Part shown: in pieces, positions 46,192 through 55,131 of the stretch
How positions within the stretch are numbered: the first letter of the stretch is position 1
How the letters are laid out: each line of letters begins with the position of its first letter
Source: Chloroflexota bacterium
GTDB taxonomy: Bacteria > Chloroflexota > Dehalococcoidia > Lucifugimonadales > JACPQL01
DNA: 64,000 nt
Reading direction: 5' to 3'
NCBI GenBank assembly: GCA_016190445.1
Contig: JACPQL010000049.1
Span: 3,710-67,709 of the forward strand
Program-made: the position numbers and the translations under genes
The notes under the pieces: model-generated
Database searches by the model: none
The model's input: the letters and a program-made list of their open reading frames with translations, nothing else
What the model was told of the DNA's origin: nothing

Positions 46192-46436
46192 GGCTGCCAC
46201 GCGACCTATCGGGGACTGAATTTGCCCACCTGCTCCGCCGCTACGGGTATGAAGTTACCAGACAGACCGGCAGCCACCTGCGGTTGACCTCGACGATCAA
46301 GGGCCGAGAACACCACATAACCATTCCTCGGCACAGAGTTTTGAAGGTCGGGACGTTGAGCAGCATCCTCAGCGACATCGCTGCCCGCCTGGAGATCGAG
46401 CGGGAAAGGCTGTCGGAAGAACTTTTCCAGCCGTAG
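46188..46436 (+). CDS. hicA: HicA-like mRNA interferase toxin
   Basis: GTEFAHLLRRYGYEVTRQTGSHLRL...HHITIPRHRVLKVGTLSSIL. Confidence 0.65.
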   Translation: MRLPRDLSGTEFAHLLRRYGYEVTRQTGSHLRLTSTIKGREHHITIPRHRVLKVGTLSSILSDIAARLEIERERLSEELFQP

Positions 46437-46444
46437 CACCTCTC

Positions 46445-46927
46445 CTACCGGGGCGCCGACCTCTGGCTGAACTCGAAGATGACCCCGCCTGTCCGGGCGC
46501 TGTCCATATAGACGTGGCCTCCGTCCTCCCTGACGCCGCTCTGGAGGATGTCCACACCCCTCTCCTGCAACCTGGCCGCCACGGCTTTCATGTCCGGCAC
46601 GCGAAAGCCGATGTGGTGCAGCCCCTCTCCGTGGGTCTCCAGGAAGCGGGCGTGAGTGGTGTTGCCCTCCAGCACTTCGATGAGTTCCATCTCGATGGGC
46701 CCCAGGGAGGCGAAGGCCACCCGGAAGGAGAAGGGGCCCTCCCCCACAGTCACCTGCTCTCGGGAGTAGTGACGCTCCCATGTCCGCCACGGCCCGATAC
46801 CGAGGTTGGACTGGAGGAACTGGATGGTGCTGTCCATGTCCTTGACCACCACGCCTACGTGAATGGGCCCTGAGAATGTAGACAGCTCTACCGCCGGTCC
46901 CACCGTGCACCTCCTTGTGACCTTCAT
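46445..46927 (-). CDS. VOC (glyoxalase/dioxygenase/epimerase) family protein
   Basis: IHVGVVVKDMDSTIQF...GPIEMELIE...GEGLHHIGFRVPDMKAV. Confidence 0.8.
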   Translation of the reverse strand: MKVTRRCTVGPAVELSTFSGPIHVGVVVKDMDSTIQFLQSNLGIGPWRTWERHYSREQVTVGEGPFSFRVAFASLGPIEMELIEVLEGNTTHARFLETHGEGLHHIGFRVPDMKAVAARLQERGVDILQSGVREDGGHVYMDSARTGGVIFEFSQRSAPR

Positions 46928-46981
46928 GGTTTCGTGGGTGTCTGGAATCGGCCTTCGGCACTCAGGGTGAGCAGGCAGGCT

Positions 46982-47887
46982 CTAGCCCCTGGGTGTACGG
47001 GAGCGGACCTCCACCTTGGCCAGGTCCTCGATGAAGGTGCAGATGGCGGAGTGGTCGTTCTCTCCCTTGCCCTGGTTGATGAGGGCCCCAAGCATCTGCT
47101 GCACCAGGCTGGTGACGGGCAGTGGCACGCCCAGCTCCTTGGCCGTGAGCAGCGCGTTGTGCAGGTCCTTCTGGTGGAGCCGGATGCGAAAGCCTGCCTT
47201 GAAGTTGCGCGCCATTATCATGGGGGCCTTGGCCTCCAGGGCGTTACTGCCCGCCAGGCCGCCGCGCACCGCCTGGAACACAACCTGGGGGTCCAGACCC
47301 GCCTTGGTGGCCAGGACCAGCGCCTCGGATAGGGCTTCAATGTTCGCCGCCACCATGATCTGGTTGGCCAGCTTGGTGAAGCCGCCCGCTCCGATGTCCC
47401 CCACGTGGACCACGCTCTTGCCCATCACCTTCAGCATGTCCAGGTGCCGGTCGAAGACCTCCTTCTTGCCTCCCACCATGATGGCCAGGGTACCTGCGAT
47501 GGCGCCCGGCTCGCCACCGCTCACCGGTGCGTCCAGCATCTCCACCCCCTGGCGGGCGGCGAAGGAGGCGATCTTCTGCGACACCAGTGGGGCGATGGAG
47601 CTCATGTCAATGATGACCGAGCCCTTGCGGGCTCCCTCCAGCACGCCGTTGGGCCCCAGTATCGCCTGCTCCGAGTCGGCGGAGTCGGGCAGCATTGTGA
47701 TCACCACGTCGGTCCGCTCCGCCACCTCCCTGCCGGAAGAGGCGGGCGCGGCTCCCTCCGATGCCAACTCTTCCACCGGCTCGGCGCGAACGTCGTGCAC
47801 CGTCAGTGAGTAGCCTGCCTTCATCAGGTTCCTTGCCATGGGCTTCCCCATGATCCCCAGCCCAACGAAACCGATCTTTGGTGGCAT
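46982..47887 (-). CDS. NAD(P)-dependent 2-hydroxy-3-oxopropionate / 3-hydroxyisobutyrate dehydrogenase family reductase
   Basis: KIGFVGLGIMGKPMARNL, DAPVSGGEPGA, GAGGFTKLANQ, KDLHNAL. Confidence 0.9.
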   Translation of the reverse strand: MPPKIGFVGLGIMGKPMARNLMKAGYSLTVHDVRAEPVEELASEGAAPASSGREVAERTDVVITMLPDSADSEQAILGPNGVLEGARKGSVIIDMSSIAPLVSQKIASFAARQGVEMLDAPVSGGEPGAIAGTLAIMVGGKKEVFDRHLDMLKVMGKSVVHVGDIGAGGFTKLANQIMVAANIEALSEALVLATKAGLDPQVVFQAVRGGLAGSNALEAKAPMIMARNFKAGFRIRLHQKDLHNALLTAKELGVPLPVTSLVQQMLGALINQGKGENDHSAICTFIEDLAKVEVRSRTPRG

Positions 47888-47904
47888 CGCTCTCCTCCTT
47901 GCTT

Positions 47905-49227
47905 CTACAGTACGTCCGGACTTTGCGCCGGCGCCTGCCGTGGGCGGTAGTCCAGGCCGGGTACCTCGGCGGCCCAGCGTGGGACATCTTCGACTACCCC
48001 TTCGGCCTCCAGCGACTTGACCTCCGCCTCAGGCAGGCCCAGCAACTCCCCCAGGATGAGGCGGTTGTGCTCGCCGAAGCGTGGCGCGGGGGAGCGCGTC
48101 ACTGCTGGCGTGCGGCTCAGCAGGAAGGGCGGTCGCATGTGGCGCCTGACCCCGCCGCTGCGCTGCTGCACCCTTTCCCAGAAGTCCCTGGCCACCAGGT
48201 GGGGGTCCTCCAGGACATTCTTGCCGTCCAGCGCCGCTCCCGCAGGGACCCCCTCCTGCTGGAGGACCTGCATCGCATGGTGCGCATCCTGGGTGGCGGC
48301 CCAGTCTCCGATGAGCCGGTCCAGCTCGTCGTGGTGGGCCTGGCGCCCTTCCGCCGAGGCGTACCTGGGGTCGGCGGCCAGCTCCAGCCGCCCAATCACC
48401 CGGCAGAGGGCGGCCCACTGCTCGTCGGTCTGGACCGTTATGGCCAGCCAGCGGTCATCACCCCGGCAGCGGTAGCACCCCTGGGGAGCAGCGTACCGGT
48501 CGCGGTTGCCCATGGGCTCCCAGATGCGGCGGTTCATGGAGTAGTCCATGAAGGCCTCGCCGATGGAGTACGTGGTGAGCTCTCGCTGGGAGAGGTCAAT
48601 GTAGAGCCCCTTGCCGGTGTGCCGCCGGTAGCGCAGGGCTGCCATGACCAGCCCTGGAGCGATGCCCCCTGCCAGGGGATCGGGGAACTGGACGCCCAGG
48701 GAGAGGGGATCACCTCCCCGATACCCTGTGAAGGAGGCCAGGCCGCCGCTCTGCTCCAGGTTGTTTCCAAAGGAGCCGTAGCTTTTCTCTGGCCCGGTCA
48801 TCCCCTGGCTGCTCATGGAGATCATGATGATGTCCGGTCGCATTTGGCGCAGGGAGTCATACCCTATGCCCAGGCGGTCCACCACACCGGCCCTGAAGTT
48901 CTCCACCACCACGTCGCACACCTTGGCCAACGCCTTTACCACTTGCACGCCGCGCTGGTCTCTCAGGTCAACGACAAGACTGAGCTTGTTGCGGTTGCGC
49001 TCCAGGTACAGGCTGGTGCGGTTCCAGGGGTCTGTCCCAGGGTCATCGTCGGCGTACACGATGCGGGCGGTAGGTGGCCAGGAGCCGCGGGTCGAATCGG
49101 GGTGGGAGCCGCCCTCCACCTTGACCACCTCGGCCCCCAGGTCAGCCAGGAACTTGGAGGCCATTGCCCCGGCCCAGACCATGCCCAGGTCCAGCACCCG
49201 CACGCCTGTGAGAGGGAGCCGCTTCAT
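47905..49227 (-). CDS. family III CoA-transferase (CaiB/BaiF)
   Basis: PLTGVRVLDLGMVWAGAMASKFLADLGAEVVKVE, VVVENFRAGV. Confidence 0.9.
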   Translation of the reverse strand: MKRLPLTGVRVLDLGMVWAGAMASKFLADLGAEVVKVEGGSHPDSTRGSWPPTARIVYADDDPGTDPWNRTSLYLERNRNKLSLVVDLRDQRGVQVVKALAKVCDVVVENFRAGVVDRLGIGYDSLRQMRPDIIMISMSSQGMTGPEKSYGSFGNNLEQSGGLASFTGYRGGDPLSLGVQFPDPLAGGIAPGLVMAALRYRRHTGKGLYIDLSQRELTTYSIGEAFMDYSMNRRIWEPMGNRDRYAAPQGCYRCRGDDRWLAITVQTDEQWAALCRVIGRLELAADPRYASAEGRQAHHDELDRLIGDWAATQDAHHAMQVLQQEGVPAGAALDGKNVLEDPHLVARDFWERVQQRSGGVRRHMRPPFLLSRTPAVTRSPAPRFGEHNRLILGELLGLPEAEVKSLEAEGVVEDVPRWAAEVPGLDYRPRQAPAQSPDVL

Positions 49228-49249
49228 GCTAGAAGTCCAGATGGAAAGT

Positions 49250-49353
49250 TGTCATTCTGAGCCCGCCCGTGGCGGGCGAAGAATCTGGGACGGGGCCCCA
49301 CCCCAGACCCTTCGTCGTCCCGATGCAATCGGGACTCCTCAGGGTGACAGAAT
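49250..49353. repeat. MITE/REP-like palindromic element between the two CoA-transferase genes
   Basis: Imperfect terminal inverted repeats TGTCATTCTGAG (49250-49261) and CTCAGGGTGACA (49338-49349), enclosing hairpins GCCCGCC-CGT-GGCGGGC and GTCCCGAT-GCA-ATCGGGAC. Confidence 0.5.
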
Positions 49354-49378
49354 CGAACGTTCTTTCTCGGACTGACCA

Positions 49379-50566
49379 CTAGATTGTGCCTCGCTCCTGC
49401 AACTGCTTGAGCTGTGCCCGATCTACTCCCAACTCCCCGCAGTAGACATCCTCGTTATGCTCACCGAGGAGGGGAGCCCGACCCAGCACCAGGGGGAGGT
49501 CGTTCATCTTCCAGGGTATGCCGGGGTAGGTGAGCGGGCCGGTGTAGGGGTGGTCCAGTTCGTGGAAGAAGCCGCGCTCCTTGTACTGGGGCGACTCCAG
49601 CAGGTCCGGCGCGGTGCAGACGTAGCCGATGGTCACCCCTGACCGCTGTCCCCGGTGGTAGAGGTCCGCCTTCTCCATGTCGCGTACATGCTCGGCCACA
49701 ATGCAGTTCAGCTCAGGGAGGTTCGTGTACCGGGTGCGGGCGTCGGCGAAGCGGGGGTCGCGCTCCAGCTCCTCCATGCCCAGCAAACGGCACAGGCGCG
49801 GCCACACTTCTGGGCGGTAGATGAGACCTATGTAGCCGTCTCTCACCCTGAACACCGGCGTGATGTCTGCCATGCGCGGCAACACCTTGCCCGTAAAGTC
49901 GTAGCTCAGGTGAGAGAAGAGAGAGTTCATAGCTGTGCACTCGACGAGGGCGATGTCCAGGTGCTGGCCTACTCCCGTCTCCTCGGCGTACAGGAGGGCA
50001 CCCATGATACCCGTAAAGGCATGGATCGCCGCCAGGTAATAGGCTGGGTTGCCTCCGATCTTCAGGGGCTCCCTCTCCGGGCTTCCGGCGACGTAGAGGA
50101 GGCCGCTCAGGGCCTCCAGCACGAGGTCTGAGTCTGCCAGGTCCCGGTACGGCCCGGTCTGGCCGAAAGGGGTAATGGAGGCCAACACCAGGGACGGATT
50201 GGCGGCCTCCATGGCTGCGTAGCCCAGGCCCCATCTCTCCATAGTGCCCGGCGCAAAGGACTCCACCACCACCTGGACGCTCCTGGCGAGCTGGGCCAGA
50301 AGGCGGCGGCCCTCCTCGTCCTCAATGTCCAGGGTAATGCCCCGCTTGCCCGTGTTCAGGTACAGGAAGAGGGCGCTGCCCTCCCTATGGGGGCGGTCCT
50401 GATAAAACGGCGGCATACTCCTGGCCCTGTCGCCCAGGGCCGGGCGCTCCACCTTGATGACATCAGCGCCCAGGTGGACCATCAGCTTGGTGCAGCAGGG
50501 CCCCGCTATGCCCTCGCTGAGGTCCAGCACCCGTACCTCGCTCAGGGGCAGTCCAGGCTCAGTCAC
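49379..50566 (-). CDS. family III CoA-transferase (CaiB/BaiF), second paralogue
   Basis: PLSEVRVLDLSEGIAGPCCTKLMVHLGADVIKVE, VVVESFAPGT. Confidence 0.9.
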   Translation of the reverse strand: MTEPGLPLSEVRVLDLSEGIAGPCCTKLMVHLGADVIKVERPALGDRARSMPPFYQDRPHREGSALFLYLNTGKRGITLDIEDEEGRRLLAQLARSVQVVVESFAPGTMERWGLGYAAMEAANPSLVLASITPFGQTGPYRDLADSDLVLEALSGLLYVAGSPEREPLKIGGNPAYYLAAIHAFTGIMGALLYAEETGVGQHLDIALVECTAMNSLFSHLSYDFTGKVLPRMADITPVFRVRDGYIGLIYRPEVWPRLCRLLGMEELERDPRFADARTRYTNLPELNCIVAEHVRDMEKADLYHRGQRSGVTIGYVCTAPDLLESPQYKERGFFHELDHPYTGPLTYPGIPWKMNDLPLVLGRAPLLGEHNEDVYCGELGVDRAQLKQLQERGTI

Positions 50567-50640
50567 GATGGCGTTCTACCTGCCGTGCGAAGAGGTGATG
50601 GTCGGAGTATGGTGCAGGCGCGGCAAAGCCGTCAAGGGCC

Positions 50641-51702
50641 CTATCGCCTCGTCCCTTCAGCCATCTTGATGGCCCTTTCTACGTTGGCGGGGCTGGCCTT
50701 GCGCCGCTTCTCCTCCACATCCTTGAGCGTGGCCACGGTGGCGGCGTTGTAAGGAGTGGCAATGCCCAACTCCCGTCCCTTGCGGACCACGTGGCCGTTC
50801 ATCAGGTCTATCTCGGTCTTGCGCCCCTTCTTCAGGTCCTGGTACATGGATGGGAACCACTCCTGGACCCCATGCCGTCCCTGGGCCAGCTTCGCGTCCA
50901 GTTCCTCGAACTTGGCACCGTCGTCTGCGTCTGCCCAGACATCCTGGTCAATTCCGCTGATGGGCTCCACGCTGGCCCCCGCGGCCTGTGCTACGCGCAC
51001 CACCTCCTTGCCCGCGTGGATGCGGAGGTACCGGGCGCGCGGGTCCTGAGTGAGCCCTATGTTACCGAGAGTGCTCATGCCGCTCATGGCGTTGCTCATG
51101 CAGTTGGTGGCCAGCTTGGACCATCGCTCGCCCCACAGGTTGGTGGTAGCCTTGGCGCCCTCCGCATGGTCGAGGATGCGCACGATCTCCCGCACCCGGT
51201 CGGTTATCCTGCCGTGGTGCTCACCCACCCGGAAGACGATGTGGTCCCTGTAGGAGCTGGGGTCGCCCCCGCGGGTGACGTGCCCCGGCTCCCAGAGGGC
51301 CACGGTTATGCCGGAGACCACGCATCCCACGGCGCGCTGTTGCCCCACGATGGATGCAAGGAGATCGTCGTTCATGCAGTTCTGGGCCGAGACCACGCAC
51401 CCCGATGGCTTCACGTAGGGAGCGATGAAGGTGGCTGCCCAGGTGGTGTCGTAGGACTTCACGCTGAGAAAGACCACGTCAAAGGGGTCCTGGACCAGCC
51501 GCTGCACCTCGTTCAGGTGGATCGCCCTCACCGGCGTCGTGAAGTCGCCGTGGCTCCCGCTGGCCCGCAGGCCGTTGCGTTTCATGTGCTCCACGTGCTC
51601 GGGCCACATGTCTATGAGCGTGATGTCCTCACCGGCCTTGGCGGCGAAGGCGCCATAGTAGCTTCCCACTGCGCCAACTCCCAACACGCCTATCTTGGTC
51701 AC
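50641..51702 (-). CDS. ketopantoate reductase (PanE/ApbA) family oxidoreductase
   Basis: KIGVLGVGAVGSYYGAFAAKAG (Rossmann fold), KSYD, MYQDLKKGRKTEID. GTG 51702 is preceded by AAGGAGGTGA. Confidence 0.8.
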   Translation of the reverse strand: MTKIGVLGVGAVGSYYGAFAAKAGEDITLIDMWPEHVEHMKRNGLRASGSHGDFTTPVRAIHLNEVQRLVQDPFDVVFLSVKSYDTTWAATFIAPYVKPSGCVVSAQNCMNDDLLASIVGQQRAVGCVVSGITVALWEPGHVTRGGDPSSYRDHIVFRVGEHHGRITDRVREIVRILDHAEGAKATTNLWGERWSKLATNCMSNAMSGMSTLGNIGLTQDPRARYLRIHAGKEVVRVAQAAGASVEPISGIDQDVWADADDGAKFEELDAKLAQGRHGVQEWFPSMYQDLKKGRKTEIDLMNGHVVRKGRELGIATPYNAATVATLKDVEEKRRKASPANVERAIKMAEGTRR

Positions 51703-51865
51703 CGAGGTCACCTCCTTACTTTCCAAACGCTGCGCGTGCCATAATACCACCTTCGGGAGAACAGGACAGCATCTAGGCACGGTCTACGAGCTGCCATGCC
51801 TGGGCACTGTTCATCCCCGCAGCTTGGCGAAGAAGCGAGTGCCTTCCACTGTCCTGCCGCGAGGC

Positions 51866-52576
51866 CTATCCTTGGCAACCGACCCCGTCTTTGTTGGCGT
51901 CTAACCTGTGGGGGTCGGGCGGCAAGACGCGGAACCGCCGGTATGGGATGTCTGCGCAGTCCAGGTCTGGCGGCGGTGATGGTATGCACACATCGGGGTA
52001 TGCAGGGTCACACCGACCTGCCACCGGGGTTTCAGAGCCCGGTGCTGCCAGGCCCCACATGCCCATGCCTTGCTCGTGCGCTCGCCTTTGCAGGCTCAGG
52101 AACAGTTGGCTGTACTTCACGTCGGGGGGGTAGGTGGTGACCTGAGCATAGCCTTCAGCAACCAAAGTGGCGTTGGCCATCGTGCCGTTCTCCAGCCAGA
52201 CGTACCGTAGCAGGCGCCCATATTGGTCGGTCTCGCTCATGTCCTTCTCCAGACAGACAGCCTTGCCAAGAACAAGCTGGTGATTGCGGGCAGATGCTTC
52301 TCTGCCGTAGGGCTGCTCGCCCACTGTGGGGTGCACCGTCTCTGGAGCGTCGATGCCTATGTAGCGCACGCGGTAGTCTTGGGTGTCAATTAACACGTGG
52401 ATAGTGTCACCATCCACGATCTTGACCACCAGCGCTGGCGTCATGCTGGGACACGGGTTGCTGGGGGTGGCAGTTGTCGTAGGAGCAGGCGTTGGCGTGG
52501 CGGTGGGGGCCAAGGTAGGTGTGCAGGCAAGGACGAGGCTGAGAACACTCAAGAGCGTCACCACGACCTGTCTCAT
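51866..52576 (-). CDS. secreted thermonuclease (SNase) lipoprotein with a C-terminal Excalibur Ca-binding domain
   Basis: Lipobox LVLAC plus a Thr/Pro linker, VVKIVDGDTIHV, VRYIGIDAPE, YGRLLRYVW, and a C-terminal DANKDGVGCQ. Confidence 0.85.
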   Translation of the reverse strand: MRQVVVTLLSVLSLVLACTPTLAPTATPTPAPTTTATPSNPCPSMTPALVVKIVDGDTIHVLIDTQDYRVRYIGIDAPETVHPTVGEQPYGREASARNHQLVLGKAVCLEKDMSETDQYGRLLRYVWLENGTMANATLVAEGYAQVTTYPPDVKYSQLFLSLQRRAHEQGMGMWGLAAPGSETPVAGRCDPAYPDVCIPSPPPDLDCADIPYRRFRVLPPDPHRLDANKDGVGCQG

Positions 52577-52666
52577 CGCCTACCTCCGCGTGGTGCTAGG
52601 CTCTGCGGGGCAATGATACCACTCCCGCCAGTGGCCTGGGTGCCAGATGGCCCACGACGCAGTAGA

Positions 52667-53674
52667 ATGGCGGAGCAAGCCACCCTGCTGGCACAGAGGA
52701 GAGCCATGAGCCTCAGACGAAATGACCTGCTCCACGCCTACCGCCGCATGCTGCTCATACGCCGCTTCGACGAACGGGCAGCCTCGGAGTACGCAGCCAA
52801 AGCCATCCCAGGCATCGTCCACTGCTACATAGGCCAGGAGGCCATAGCCGTGGGGGTGTGCTCGGCCCTTCGCCCTGATGACCGCATCGTCAGCACCCAT
52901 AGAGGCCACGGCCACATGATAGCCAAGGGCGCGGATGTCAATCGCATGATGGCGGAGCTGTTTGGGCGCAGCAACGGCTACTGCAAGGGCAAAGGAGGCT
53001 CAATGCACGTGGCCGACTTCGGCCTGGGTGTGCTGGGGGCCAACGGCATCGTGGGCGCCAGCATGCCCATCGCCACGGGTGCCGCCCTGGCCTGCCATCT
53101 GGAGGGGCAGGGACGGGTGGCGGTGGCCTTCTTCGGCGACGGCGCCTCCAACGAGGGCACCTTCCACGAGTCCCTGAACCTGGCCGCCATCTGGAAGCTC
53201 CCCGCTGTTTTCGTCTGTGAGAACAATCTGTGGGCTGTGGAGGTCCCCGCCGCCTACGCCCTCTCCGTCCCCAACGTGGCTGAGCGGGCACAGGGGTACG
53301 GGATCCCGGGCGTGGTAGCGGATGGAAATGACCTGGAGGCCGTCCATGAGGCGGCCCTTGAGGCGGTGGAGCGGGCCCGCTCCGGCGGCGGTCCTACCCT
53401 TCTGGAGTGCAAGACCTACCGCCACCGGACACACGCCGAGAGCGGCGCTGGCCAGCCCGATAGGCGCCCCAGGGAGGAGATGGAGTACTGGCTAGCGAGA
53501 GACCCGCTCTCTCTTATGGCAAGGCAGCTCCTGGAGTTGGGCGTGGCCACCGGCGAGACCCTGGAGGAGATGGACCAGGAGGCACAGGAGCAGGTGGAGC
53601 GGGCTGTAGCCTTCGCCAGGGCCAGTCCCCTGCCCCGCCCCGAAGACGCCCTGGAGGACGTCTTTGCCAGGTAG
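52667..53674 (+). CDS. TPP-dependent 2-oxoacid dehydrogenase E1 component alpha subunit
   Basis: YRRMLLIRRFDE, GQEAIAVGV, HRGHGH, GKGGSMH, FFGDGASNEGTFHESLNLAAIWKLPAVFVCENN. Start set to ATG 52667; the track N-extension overlaps the nuclease gene. Confidence 0.9.
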   Translation: MAEQATLLAQRRAMSLRRNDLLHAYRRMLLIRRFDERAASEYAAKAIPGIVHCYIGQEAIAVGVCSALRPDDRIVSTHRGHGHMIAKGADVNRMMAELFGRSNGYCKGKGGSMHVADFGLGVLGANGIVGASMPIATGAALACHLEGQGRVAVAFFGDGASNEGTFHESLNLAAIWKLPAVFVCENNLWAVEVPAAYALSVPNVAERAQGYGIPGVVADGNDLEAVHEAALEAVERARSGGGPTLLECKTYRHRTHAESGAGQPDRRPREEMEYWLARDPLSLMARQLLELGVATGETLEEMDQEAQEQVERAVAFARASPLPRPEDALEDVFAR

Positions 53675-53683
53675 GAGCCGCCA

Positions 53684-53753
53684 GGCTTTGTTCACACACC
53701 CCTGTTTGCCCTGGAACGCTTTGGCGACGTAGGAGGGTGCAGGGAACCTGGGT
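53684..53753 (+). repeat. intergenic repeat module L (copy 2 of 2)
   Basis: ggctttgttcaca...gtaggagggtgcagggaacctgggt, starting 10 nt after the E1-alpha stop. Compare 42761-42828. Confidence 0.6.
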
Positions 53754-54229
53754 CTGGTGCGCACCGTTCGTTGTCATACCCGGTACGGCTTGCAGTGCCT
53801 GTCCCCGTGTAAGATTCTACTACCAGGAATAGGAAGGTGTCTGCTGCATCCTGTGCAGGGTTCGAATCCATTCAGGTGGGCCACGGCAAACACAGGGACG
53901 TTTATGTCCAGGGGTGGTGTAGAGTCAAGAGCCCCGGCGACGCAAGATGGGAACCCTCGAGTCAGACCGGGCCATTTGGCGAAAGGGGAGAGGGCATCTT
54001 GTCACAAAGGTGAGGTATGAAGGACTCACCGGACAGATGCCAACGACGCCGTGGGGTACATTGACTCGGCCATGCGTGCGGACGCTGCAAGGTTGGCGGA
54101 GTCAAGCCAGGTTGAGCCGGAGGATACCTGTCATACTCGGGACGGAACCGTTCACCGGTCTCCGAGTGGCGCTATCTTCTCGACGTCTCTTCTAGCAGCC
54201 CTCGCTCTCGACCGCCTCGCGCGCTGGGC

Positions 54230-54880
54230 TCACTTGATCAGCCCCCTCTCCACAGCGACTCGGACCGCCTCAGTCCTGCTCCCAGCCCCCAGTTTGGACA
54301 TGATACTGGCGACGTGGCTCTCGACGGTCTTTGCTGAGATCGAAAGGTGCTGGGCTATCTCCATGTTTCGGAGCCCCTGTGACATCAGTTCGACCACGTC
54401 AATCTCCCGCAAAGTGAGTTCGTCCGGCTGCGAGCGCCCGATGGCCGGGCGCTCTTGGGAGTAGCTACGTATTACCTTGGATGCTATCGGGGACGGCAGT
54501 ACGGCTCCGCCCTCCGCAACCTCGCGGACGGCTTGCACCAGTGTCTCCTGCGGCGCGTCTTTCAGGAGATACCCGTCAATCCCAAGCCTGACGGCCGCCC
54601 TTACATACTGGTCGAAGTCGTATCCCGTAAGCACGAGAAGTTTCAGGTGCGGGTGTTGCTGGCGCAGCAAGCGAACCAGCTCGAGCCCTGACATCCCGCG
54701 CAATCGGATATCCACAATCGCAACCGACGGCTGCACTTGTGCCAGCAGCCCGAGAGCCTCCTCTGCCGAAGCTGCCTCTCCCACCACCAGGATGTCAGAC
54801 TCCTGCTCCAAGCGGTTCCGTATGCCCTCGCGGAACATGCGCTGGTCTTCGACAATGAGGACTTTGATAGGCAGCTTCAC
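54230..54880 (-). CDS. NarL/LuxR-family response regulator (ComA-like position in the cassette)
   Basis: KVLIVEDQRMFREGI, AIVDIRLRGMSG, LTLREIDVVELMSQGLRNMEIAQHLSISAKTVESHV. GTG start, 216 aa. Confidence 0.9.
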   Translation of the reverse strand: MKLPIKVLIVEDQRMFREGIRNRLEQESDILVVGEAASAEEALGLLAQVQPSVAIVDIRLRGMSGLELVRLLRQQHPHLKLLVLTGYDFDQYVRAAVRLGIDGYLLKDAPQETLVQAVREVAEGGAVLPSPIASKVIRSYSQERPAIGRSQPDELTLREIDVVELMSQGLRNMEIAQHLSISAKTVESHVASIMSKLGAGSRTEAVRVAVERGLIK

Positions 54881-54984
54881 CAGGCGCCCTTTCTACCTGT
54901 CGCGTGCACTAGTACTTGCTTTCTGAAGTCAGCGTTATCATGCGCAAGCCTTCTCCCTCACGCTCGCGCCTCATTCGCCCAATG

Positions 54985-55095
54985 ACCCATCCCCCTCGAT
55001 CCCCCTTCCTTTTCTGGAAGGGGGAAGAAGAAGGGAGCTGGGAGACACCCCCAGACCCCCGCCAGAGGGGGCCGCGCCCCCTCTGGACACCCCCG
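54985..55095 (-). repeat. hairpin-rich intergenic repeat, copy B (inverted relative to copy C)
   Basis: The reverse complement reads gggggtgtccagagggggcgcggccccctctggcgggggtctgggggtgtctcccagctcccttcttcttcccccttcc...ggaagggggatcgaggggga and aligns along its length with 58996-59115. Confidence 0.7.
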
Positions 55096-55131
55096 TAAAC
55101 GAATTTTGGGAGACTTCACCTGTCGTGTGCA

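Noticed and set aside
53858-53883. Possible tRNA or tmRNA gene (GGGTTCGAATCC...CCA)
   Set aside because: The T-stem pairs poorly (CAGGG versus CCATT). No complementary 5' acceptor strand (CCACCTG), D arm or anticodon arm lies upstream. A standard or permuted tmRNA layout does not fit: there is no GGGG...TTCGAC 5' end pairing with it and no ALAA-type tag frame. Kept only as part of the unexplained-region finding.
45872-53884. Genomic island integrated at tRNA-Pro and bounded by the tRNA-like fragment at 53.86 kb
   Set aside because: The fragment does not match the 3' end of tRNA-Pro (T arm GCCAG-TTCGATC-CTGGC versus GGGTTCGAATCC). No integrase is present, and the intervening genes have host-like composition.
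54051-54464. 137-aa plus-strand ORF spanning the non-coding spacer and the 3' end of the ComA-like gene
   Set aside because: Its second half is antisense to a clear LuxR-type regulator. It has no RBS and no recognisable domain.
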